Source: Lytechinus pictus (taxonomy: Eukaryota). Taken from it: 64,000 bases of DNA. How positions within the stretch are numbered: position 1 is the stretch's first letter; the number at the start of each line of letters is the position of its first letter. The DNA lies in assembly GCF_037042905.1 (NCBI RefSeq), contig NC_087257.1:3968001-4032000 (forward strand). The letters are read 5' to 3'. The notes under the pieces are model-generated. The model made no database searches, was not told the DNA's origin, and was given only the letters and a program-made list of their open reading frames with translations. Positions 11,701 to 23,700 of this stretch are shown one piece after another. The translations under genes and the position numbers were made by a program.

Positions 11701-14700
11701 AATAATACATATCATAGAGTTTTTCTATAGTCATACATGAAACATGTCTTTGATCTTAGTGAAACTCTTAAAAGAATCTCATCATAAATCATTAAAAAAT
11801 AGACGATACAAAAAAATATAAAGAATGTATGCAAAGGAAGCAACAAAGGTCAAAGAACTATCGAGGCTTCTCCCAGAGCAACATGGTTGCAAATTAGATA
11901 TCAAAATAACAAAACAATCACAAATATGTACATGAACATGGAACCCCTCCCCTAACCCCCGAATGGTTGAGGGAATAAGTAAGATTTACAGACACACGGT
12001 ACCTTTGGAACAGTTCAATTCATAAGATAGTGATGTGGATCCTTGTTAAACAGGGGTGTGAGTGGTCACAAATAAAAAGATCTGAAAAAAGCTGAAGAGT
12101 GTTGAAAAAGTGTGAAATAGAAAGAGCTCCCATACTTTTTGTACAGAGGAAGCCAAAAATAAGCTGAAAATCAAAACAAAAAATCTGAAATCAGCTTAAA
12201 ATCTGAACTCTCACACCCCTGGTTAAACCATTTTCATCCCAAAACCACGACCGGTCAGTAGGCACCAGTCATTCGCACATTTTCCTGTTAGCTGGAAAAT
12301 TTATGTTGTCACCAGTTTTGTCAAAGGTATTTGATTTAATCCTTATCAGTGGTCATTTTCCCGATAATTGGTCAGTAAGCCTCATAAAGTCTCTTTACAA
12401 AAGTGGGTCAGTTTGCGATCCCTCAAATTATCGAGGGATATCCCTCTCAAGTTGTCTTGGAAAGTTTTTTGCTCAGTTCTAAACCGTCGCTTAGTATCAT
12501 TTCTAGAAGAATATAGTCTCAATACAGCCAATCAGATTGCTTTTAGAGCAGGTTATAGAACGTCAGACCACATGTTCGTTCTAAAAACTATTCTTGATAA
12601 ATATATAAGATGTAAAATAAATGATAACTATAATAAATTATATGTATGCTTTGTAGACTTAAGAAAGGCTTTTGACAACGTTTGGAGGGATGGTCTCTGG
12701 TACAAACTACTAGAACATGGAATTGGTGGAAATTTCTTAAGAGTCATCCGTGACATGTATTCAAAATGTAATGTATCGATCAAATTAGACGAAGGTGTTA
12801 CCCCATATTTTCATACTAATATTGGAGTAAAACAGGGTTGCGTAATTAGTCCAACTTTATTTAATTTATTTGTAAATGACATAACTAATATATTTGATAC
12901 ATCAGTAAGCGATCCAGTAACACTTTTTGATAAAGAACTAAATTGTATAATGTATGCTGATGATCTTGTTATTGTGTCGAAATCCCCTAAAGGTATGCAA
13001 CACTGTTTAGATAAATTCACCGCATACTGTAAATCCTGGATGTTAAACATAAATGTATCTAAGACTAAGATTATGGTGTGCTCAAAATCAGGGAGATCGA
13101 ACGAAGGGGTTTCATTTGAAATTAATGGAGAAACACTATGCACTGTTAGGGAAATGAAATATCTTGGTATTGTTTTCGCAAATAATGGATCACTTAAAGT
13201 GGCCGCAAGGGATTTAGCTGATAAAGCGAGAAGAGCATTGTTCAAATTGTACAAATCTTTTGGTTCCTATACTCCTAGCACTAAAACCTTGTTGCATCTT
13301 TTCGATGCAACGATACAACCGATATTACTTTATGGATCTGAAATTTGGGGTACTAATGTTGTAGACATAGAAAAAAATCTACAATTAATGGATGGGAAAA
13401 CAGGGCTTTATTTTAAACACAAATCTGAAAAGGTGCACATTCAATTTTGTAAATATATTCTTGGGGTAAACCGCAAATGCAGTAATTTAGCAGCGACAGC
13501 TGAAATCGGTAGATATCCAAAAGTCATTCAAATTGCCATAAATATACTGAAATATTGGATTCGAATACATAATATGGACGAAGATAGTTTGGTTTACAAA
13601 GCTTTTGTAGAAAATGTAAGTCTATTGAATAACGGAACCAAATGCTGGCTTAAGACAATTCAGGATATTTTTAACATACTAGATATTTGTTGGAAAAATG
13701 ACACCCCCATACTTGATCCAGAAAATATACCAATTTCCCAAAAAGAATTTATTACGATATGCAAAACATCATTGGAAAGAAGATTTGACGAACAATTTGA
13801 ATTGGATTTATTTAACGACAGGGACACTAGGGAAGGAAATAAACTAAGAACTTTTAGGCAATTCAAATTCAATATAAGACAAGAAAATTATTTATATTCA
13901 ATACACAATGTCAATTTGAGAAAAAATATAACCAAGCTCCGACTGAGCGCTCATAATCTACCAATAGAAACAGGAAGGTACAAAAGACCGGAGAAGATAC
14001 CACCTAACCTGAGATTTTGTGAAGATTGTAATTTGAATTTTGTCGGGGATGAGTTTCACATTATAATGAAATGTAACAAATATAAAGATTTGCGTAAAGA
14101 TTTTTTTGAAAAGATAATTACCTTCAATATTAGGTTTACTGAAATGGAGTGCCAGGAAAAATGTATCTACATCATGAAATTGGAAACTGAAGCCTTGATT
14201 AAATTGTTTTGTTCTTTTATCCAAAACATAATTGCTATTAGGGGTGATTTCTAAGTACTACAAATATCAACCGGTAAACACTTTGAAGTAATATATTCGC
14301 AATATTTTTACACAATGAATTTACATGTAATGCCATTCTTCTCATTCTTCCTCTCTTTCCCGCTCTCTCCATTTTCGAACTTCTTCCCTCTTTATTTCCC
14401 TTTCCTCTCTCACTTTCTTTATGTTTTCTTTATCTTTTCTTGGATATCAGTCTCTATATTCATTGTCAAAATATCTATCCGAATGATTCCTATGTTAATT
14501 GTGTATATTTGTATATAATTTACAAGTTGTTTCTTTTTTCTTTTTTTTCTTTTTGACGAAATACTATTTTGTTTTTGTTTATTTGCTTATATTCCTTGCA
14601 TTGTATATTTGTCTTGTATCATTTTGTACTTCTTGTTATGAACAAAATACTGGCAATTGCCAGTGAAGTTCTAATAAATTCAATTCAATTCATGACTGGT

Positions 14701-17700
14701 CATGTGAAAGATTTCAGCCAACCATTTGATAATGGTCTCTATCACGTGACCCGACAGTTTATTCAGTTGCAGGTAAATTTGCCAAGGCGACTCTAATCCA
14801 ATCCTAAAGACTCGTCTGGGTTAGTACATGTGTGTCAGGTGAGAATTTCATGAAGCTGTTTGTAAAGCATGTTTGCTTTGTTGCATGTTTTTTTTTGGCA
14901 TGTTTGTAAAGCGCTTAGAAACTGTATTGTATCAAGTGCTATATAAAAGCTCCATATTATTATCATTATTATTATTGTAAGTTATGAGAGACTTTACGAA
15001 AACTGGTAATCTTTTCTTGGGAGCTAAATCCAAACCAATTAAAATTTGGCATGCATAATTCACCTCAAGAAAGGATCACCAGTAGTTCATAAAGTCGCTT
15101 GGTACAAACAGCTTTATGAAACACCCACCAGGGGGCCGTTTCATTAAGCTGTTCGTATTAAAGTTAAGAGTGACTTTAATACCCCTTTCATAGTGCCCTC
15201 TTCATTTTTCACCGGCGAACTTCGCCGGCGAACTTCTCCGCCTCGCATTCCTCACTTCCCCGGCGAAGAAAAAAATGTACCCTTTCTTCCCCGGCGAAAG
15301 TCAACGGGCGATTGCAGAACAAACGAAAGAAAATTGTAAACATTACTTCTAACCTATTACAAAAAGGTATCAAAAAAATTAATTACAACATATTTTGGAA
15401 GTATTACGATAAAAACAAACGATATCACCTTGTTTTTATATCTTAGCGCATTTTATACATGTAAAAAGTGCTTTTTAATAAATATTGTTAGTAAAAAAAA
15501 AAAAAATGTTCGAGGGTATCTACTTGGCCATAGCATTCAGCTGAGCTTGCAACTATCGCGCGCGGAATCTCGGTGCAGGGGACTTTGGGAGAGAAAAAAA
15601 TTGACCTCTGACGTCATTAAAGAGGAGAAGTTCTCCGGTTTGCTTTCATACTGGCCTTTTCACCGGTGAAACAGTTTCGCCGGCGAAGTTCTCCACCTCT
15701 AGAGGTGGAGAAGTTCACCGGCGAACTTCTCCACCTCTAGAGGTGGAGAAGTTCACCGGCGAACTTCACCGGTGAAGTTCTCCTGTGTACCTTTCATACT
15801 GGACACTTTCCCCTTCGCTGGCGAACTTCGCCGGTGAAGTTCGCCGGTGAAAGGCGCAATATGAAAGGGGTATAAGAAGGCCTGGTGATCCCTCCTTGTT
15901 GTTCATTGGTGATTATTTAGCACGTAAGAAAGGTTCAGCAGTCGTTCTTTAAGTCGCTCTTAACTTACAAGCAGCTTTATGGAAACATCCACCTGGGGCC
16001 CATCTAACAAAGAGTTACGATCGATCAAATCAACCTCAAACGCATGGAAATTCATTGATGTCAATCATACATTCACATTTTTCTTGAAAATTCAGTGTGC
16101 TTCTCTTTGTTTACAAAGGACATTGTACAAATTTCCTGAAGAAAAAATTATGACATTGATGGATTTCCATATACTTGAGGTTGGTCGGATCAATCGTAAC
16201 TCTTTGTAAGATGGGGCCCAGTTTCGAACTCACCAATGAATGGATAGGGGTCCGCAGCCTCCGTACACTGCCTCAGGTAATCCCAGTCGGCAAGCTTAGA
16301 ATAACGCTGCTCTCTCGTACGACCATGAACCTAGAACAGAAAAATAAATCAATATCATGGCCCCGTCTTACAAAGAGTTACGATAGATCCAATCAAACAC
16401 AATTATGGAAAACCAGCAACGTCAACATGCATGTTTGTTCAAAATATTTTCTAGATATGATGTAAAGTCACACCTTTTTTCATTTTATTGAAAAGTCAGT
16501 GTGCTTTTTTTTGCCTACAAAGGACAAATTTCCTGGAGAAAAGATTATGACACTGTTGGATTTCCATGTAGAACAAGTTGTTCGGATCACTCGTAACTCT
16601 TTGTTAGATGAGGCCCAGGGGAACCACTTGCAATCGATAGAAAAAGTCTGAATATCATTGAGAATGACTCCTTTTCTACGTGAAAAATGTGTTTTCTGTG
16701 GCCAAAATACTATGATAAATTGGGGATCCAATGTCTAAACACCAATTAGCATATAAAATTATTGGGGGCAGCGTAGTCTTGTGGTTATTAAGACTCTCAT
16801 CTTTCTAAAAGGACGTGGGTTCGATTCCAAGCCATGGTGTGTTTTCCTTCAGCAAGAAATTCACCCACATTGTGCTGCACTCAACCCAGGTGAGGTACAT
16901 GTAAATGGGTACCGGCAGGAAGTAATTCCTCAAAAAGCTGTGCGCACCGGAATCGGTAGACTAGCTTAGCCGGGGTAATATGGGAGCGCCTTAAGCACCT
17001 AGCAAGGTTGATACATGCGCTATACAAATTCTATATTATTTTTAAAAAAAAACATAATTTTTGCTCTGAGTTTTCTATACATATAACAGTACAACCTGTT
17101 TTCTTGTACATATTCAGTTCCTAGAGATGATCTAAGATGATAGAAAATTTGAAAACATGGCTCTACCCTGAGATTTATTTCTATCATTTTACTTAATATC
17201 ATGTGGTAATAATGAATTAGGTACAGACTATTATGGAGGTTTGTGCTTTTGTTATATTGTTTGATATTACTTTCAAATAATTTACGAAATATCACTTTCA
17301 ACATTCTTTTGATTGTGCACAGCTGTAAAAATTACCAAGGGTTTGCCAGGACAGCTTAGAAATATAATAAGCTATCAAAATACCAGGTTATAATTACCGT
17401 GACGACGGAGGCTCCCCATTCGTAGACGCGAGGTATGATCTTGTGTGCGATTCGACTTTCGTTATGGACGCCAGTTCTCATTTTCACGGTTAAAGGAACA
17501 TCTAAGACCTGTATCGAATACAGTAATAAATAAATACATCATTTATAATGTGCCATTACTCAAATGATGTGCAGAAAGATAAAAAAATATGATAATAAAT
17601 GATAATAATATAAAAATAGTTATAGGATTAAAAGGCTTCCAAAATAAGAAACAAGTGGAGCATCTCTGGCAGTCTTGCCTGCATTACTCGATTCAATATA

Positions 17701-20700
17701 GCAGCAGTGCTGACTTTGACAACGACTATAAAATGATAATTCACAAAAAACACCATTCATATAATGATATACTACTACGTTCATTGACTCTAAATGACAT
17801 TTGGCCTTGATCAAGTGACCTATGAATTGAATTGTGCAAGATGAGCAATGGTACTTGATTACCCCTGTGTCCACATTTCATTAACAGCATCCATAACTTT
17901 CAAAGTTACGATGGTAATTCAACAAATACCCCCAACATGGCCAAAGTTCATTGACCATACTTGATGACATTATGTAGGTGCATGTGTACATGCAGTTATC
18001 TCACAATATTTAGTAAAAGTAATATGACAACAAAAAGAATTTTAGAAACTTTTTTAAATGCTTTAAGCGATTCTGCTGATCAGATTCTTAGATGAGGAGT
18101 GTTCAAGAAAAGTACACAATATTTTAAATACATAAAATAAATAATAACTTATGGATTAGCTAATGTAACCACACAACAACGATTATCAACATTACAAAAA
18201 GAAGTTACAGAAACAGTATGATACAATTTTGCACTTCAGGTTTGAATACAACACACCCAATGCCAAGAAATGCATCATTCTTACCGAACTCATCCCTCTG
18301 ACAATTTCTTGGAACTTGCCCATCCTGTTCATCAAACCAGACCCAGCTCCCTGTTAAATTAAATAATAATAATAAAAGTCATGAATAATGTATCAGATTG
18401 TTTCCCTTTTCTGAATAATGTTCTTGAATTTATTCATATCACACACTCAATATTTTCTTTAAAATTTATCAGACTTTTACAATGCACAAAAATAGCTACA
18501 TGAAATAAATATGCAAAACTTTTGCTGAGGTCAACTGCTTTTCTTTCAATATCACCTTAATTGACTTGAACACGTATTTCCTATCGGGAAACAATTTTAT
18601 AAAGTCAACGACCAATTATTTTAGACGTGTTGCGGCTCAGAGGATAAGTCTCCAGACGTTGAACCACAGGTTTGAAACCCAAAGTAGCACTCACATGCTT
18701 CGGCAAGGCATTTATCTACATTTGCCACTCTCCACCCAGGTGTAGTAAATGGGTACCCGGTAGGAAGAAATTCCTTGAATGCTTGAGCGCCCGATAAGAG
18801 TAGCCGTGCTGAAGCCATGGTAATAGTAAGCAGCGCTGAAAAACATTTGTATTAAGCGCTATAGACATGTAAATGGTGCATATCATTATTATTATTTGGA
18901 ACATACATGTTCAATGTTATTTTGAGAAAACAAAGATATAAAAAAACAATTTTTTTAGTTCTTCTTGTCTTTTTTTGGTCTGAAATTCCCTTTCGAAGAA
19001 TTTTGCATATATCTGACGTGTGAAAAGAAATTTTTCTGACATGTAAACATGTGTAATGTAATACACTCAATCACAATAAATACCATATTTTATTCATTCA
19101 GTTATGATAAATCATATTAATTTATTGTGTCTCTTATGGTATCGGTCATAGGTACACAATATCATAATGTATAAAACAAATCCAACATATGCAAGAACAT
19201 TGCATTGACTACACATTAAAAGCAAAATAAGATGAATTATTGATTTAAGATATTTGGAAAAACTTTAAATATATATTGGAAAACAGTTTGAGAACATACC
19301 TTGTGGTAGACCATATCAATGGGACAGCCAACATTGACATCAATGAAATCAATATCTATTGTATTGTTGAGCAACTCGGCACACTTGGTCATTGTGTCTG
19401 GGAAAGCGCCACAAAGCTGGAATAAGAGATCAACAAAAGGGTACATATTACAGCTACCAGTTATGAATTACAATGGAACATGACTAATTCTTCATAAATG
19501 GAGTTGTGACTCCTGTCCTTTTCAATCTGGAACACATGATTCTGTCCACTGCAATCGGATTCCCATGTTTTTCCTACTTCTCAACTCTTATCATACCTCT
19601 GTCACCAAATGGCACCAAATAATACAAACTTTACTCCCATGGAGCCAAGTGAACGCTGTTAGAGCAGTGATCTTGTAATGAGGTGACCCTGGTCCATTAC
19701 CAAGTTGATGCACTAGCGCCCTTTGGTAAGGCATTTATCTTTATTACCAGGTCCTTTGGAGAGGACCTTCTGCCATTGGTCCTCAAGTTCTGACATACAA
19801 GTTTACATTTAACCACATTTTGTGAAACAGTAAAACCTCAAATAGTGAGTCGGCTGAAATTTCCCAGCACAGATAAGGAAAAATGAAACAATGTTACTTG
19901 GAAAGGACCCATTTACTGACATGCTTGTTTTGCTATTACAGAGTAACTACTCATTTTCATTTCAATATTGGATTCTGTTTGAATAAATTTCATGATTATT
20001 ACAACAAATGGACGTTATCATTTCTTTGGGTTATTATTTTCAATCCTTATCTCAAATGTAGGCCTACATGTAATAAACGAAATCATACAGTCCAAGCATA
20101 CATGCTTATTCTGCAGTATATAGGGAAAAGATAACCACATGAAAATGTAATTCACTCATATGGAATAAACATAGGCATATGAAATGGCAGCATACAAAAG
20201 AGATCAAAGTATATCACTGTCATAAAAATCTTTTATTTATAGGAGCATTTTATTAGCATTTTTCATTTGACAACCTCTCTTAATTCTGTTTGTCTGAGAA
20301 GCACTGTTACTATGGCAACTGTCGGGAAAAAACGTTTGACAAGACCTTTCATGAAACACCCTGATGTGATCACGGGAGAAGATACTTACTTGGACACCAA
20401 AGACATCTTCCGAGGGATGTCGCTTTAGTAGCGCCCATTCAGACGTCTGACCTTGGAGTAGGTTAGTACACATAGCCATTTCACCGCAGGTGATGTCTGC
20501 ACCGAGCTTCTTACATACAGCCCGGAATGGAAGGTTGCCAACCTTTATTGATGATAAGCATAATTAAAATATATGTAAAATGGAATCAAAGTTTGCGGGA
20601 GGCGCGATAGCTCAGTCGTTAGAGCGGGGGTTTCGGATTCTGGTGACCCGGAATCGATTCCCACTTGCTGCGCTGGTGCACTTTGGTAAGGCATTAATCT

Positions 20701-23700
20701 TCGTTACCAGGTCCCTCGGAGATGACCTTAAGCAGTCGGCCCTCTGGTTGCTTGCTTACAGGCATTCATGCTTTAGCAATCAGGTTAAAAAATCACCACC
20801 ACCAATTCTTGTTCAGGTACATACAAGTAAGCATCTTTATTTTAGAATTTTCAGAATTTAATGAATTTCAAAGAATACATGTACCTCTATGTAATTTTGA
20901 AATTCACTTTCCCTTGTATTCAACCACTCTAAGTAGTAAACATTATTTGTAGGTTTAATCGGTATTTGTTCGGTTGCATTTAGTATGACCGAGTATCAAG
21001 GCTGCAATATATGGATGTGCAAAAAATCAGTATATTTAGGCAAGCACTCTTTTTAATTTCATAACTTTCAAAGAAGATCTTATCGAGCAATTTGGGAAAA
21101 CATATATCTTGGTTTGATGTTAGATAAAGAAAGTATGTTTTGTTCAACAAAATCTGAGTAGACAGTGTAGTGTAGATTAATACATTGAATGCAATGCTGG
21201 ACAAAACTCAGGCTGGGAGTGGGATCTATGGAAAATGCGTATTATGGGCAATTTCATAAAATTATCAATTATATTTTGTACCTTTCAACCCTTTCTTTTA
21301 CCCTGCGTTACATCATTATGTAGTCTTTGCTCCAGTTTTGAGTTTTCCTCGCTTGTTGCATAAGAACTTGACATGTGAGTATATTCCTTCGGTTTCTCCA
21401 TTTTTACTTCACTAAAGTTTCAAGCTATAATTTGAGAGCATTACACTTTTTTTTAAATGAAGTGTGAAGCGAAGACAAACCATTTCAGGAAAGTCCCAAT
21501 TATAGGGGATTGGAAGTTTTATGGTATTGCCCTCATATTGAAATCTTGAATCAAATCATCTATAACAGGTTAAGCATTGCAATCTTTAAAGCGATAGGGC
21601 ACAATTGAATAGAAGCCAAACATAATCAAACGAAGAACAGAAGCTTCGAGGAACAAAATGCATAATGCTATTTTTTCCCATCTTGTTTATTCTTGCTATG
21701 AATGCAGTTGGACTTACTGTTGTCAAGGGCGCAAGAAGGAGTTTATCCTTAACATCTAGCTTCCTCTTCTCCTCCGGTCTAAGCCTGATGACATCAGCAT
21801 CCGTTACGGTCCCTGCTGCATGGCTGCCGACATCTTCACTGGTTGGCACTGCCGGAGAAGGGCTCTGAGTCCCGTTGCCACCTTGAATTGCATCCCCACC
21901 AACCTTGGTTGATCCTTCGAGAGTCCCATTCTCACCAGTGCTTGCAGAACTTGTGGCATTGCTTGCGATATTGTCCTTTCCAGCAGGTCCTGCGTGCTTT
22001 TTAAACCCCTTCTTCTTACCTCCCAAAGTTCTCAAGTACTGATCGGATTTGCTGAAACCAAAGTTCCTCTTCCTCAACTTACTCTGCAAGTCTTTGCTCA
22101 TAATATTCCTGACGTCAAACTTACCACCCGTTTCCTTGACCTTCTCGTCATTGACAACGCTCTTTAGGTTATCGTCTATGTGGGCACCTCCAAAGCGGCA
22201 CAGGAGACCGTACGGACAGGTACCGAATCTATCGAAACCGATACATCTCGGACCAATGTCAGGTGCCTTATTCTCCATTAGCTTTTGGATCTCATGACTG
22301 AATTTGCAATTTTCCCCAAACCTGCAGGTTTTGCCGCCCAAGAAATCGAGACAAGGACGCTCTGCATGCGGCAGAAACTGGTGGTCCCTGGGTCGTTTCT
22401 TGTTCATACCCTTGATCTTTTTCTGCTTTTTGCCTCCAGGTTGAGGGTCTTCAGGTTCTTTGCGCTTCTCCTTGGTTGCTTCGGGGGCATCCTTGCGAAC
22501 TTGTTTACTCGTGATTCCTTCTGCAACACGTGCAAAATCAATGTATCTAGACAGAGATTAGAGAATGAAATCTATGGTAGTTTAAATAGAGGTGGGTACA
22601 CCATATGTTATGAAGTATAGTATCTGCATGTTGTTGTGTTAATGGTCACAAAAATGGAAGTGAATGGTATCAAATAAATCACATTCTCACATAACAGTAT
22701 GAAAAAAAAATCAATTTATGTGAAATGACTGCACAATAGGGGCAGCCCAGGGTATATTAGTAGGGATGGGGGGGGGGGGGGTGTGATGCCCTAGACATTA
22801 CCTCATCTTTTTTTCCCAATTTGATAATGGGGGATTATAGAGTAATTATATGCAAATGATTGTAACAGAAGTAATACAAATTCAACTATATTATTTTTTT
22901 CACATTCCTTTCACCAGGGCAGTTTCTGACTGTTCAAACTCTTGACATAGGCCAGCATCTTTTGATTACCCCCCCCCCCCCCCCTCCAGGAATCAAATAA
23001 CTGAAATTCTTTACTTTGCTTTCACCAGTGCAGTTCCAGGCTGAGCTCTGACGTGGGCCAGCATCTCTTCCTGAGAAGGTCCTTGGACCTGGTCCTCGGC
23101 CGGGCCCTCAGTATTGTCTATGCCTTTAGTCTCTGAATCCACAGCTGGAATTCCAGCTTCTGCTTGGGCATCAGCCATGCTGGTTCTATATGTTATTATA
23201 AAGAAAGCAAAAGAACAGAGGAAAGTGATACTAATATAGCATTTTAAGTCCATTGGGATTAGGATGGAGATTGGCAGGTGAGGGGTAAATCAAATAGACA
23301 TTATTACGAAATTAGGATCCGGTTCCAATTTTCTACCAGACAGTTTTTGATGAATGCTGATGGCTTGACAGAAACATCAGTCTATTATAGTCAGGATATA
23401 CTCTGCTGAGACTTTGTGTGGCTTTGTGGCATCCCCTTGATCCCCTCCCTCCATAGACCATTTGAAGTAACCCATATGCAACCAGTGGTGGTAATAGTAG
23501 ACATCATACAATGGCACAAGAATGTGATTGGCTGGCGCATTTGTATGTTCTGTCTTAGCTGCATTAGAAACATGATGATGAAGCGAAACCTGTCTGTTTG
23601 GAAATCAAAAAATTTGTATTTTAAATCTCATATGTCGAGAAAATGATGAGATGATTACATCTGTACAAAATTACTTTTCATTCAAACGCTTTGTTTTCCG

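Noticed and set aside
12368-12465. MVSKPHKV... as the true N-terminus of an intact RT protein
   Set aside because: The conserved NYRGISL motif is in another frame; the element is frameshifted and 5'-truncated.
22520-22523. CAG at 22521-22523 as the DUS3L exon 3 acceptor
   Set aside because: Gives a phase mismatch with exon 2; the acceptor at 22547 restores the frame (VKAK-YIDF).
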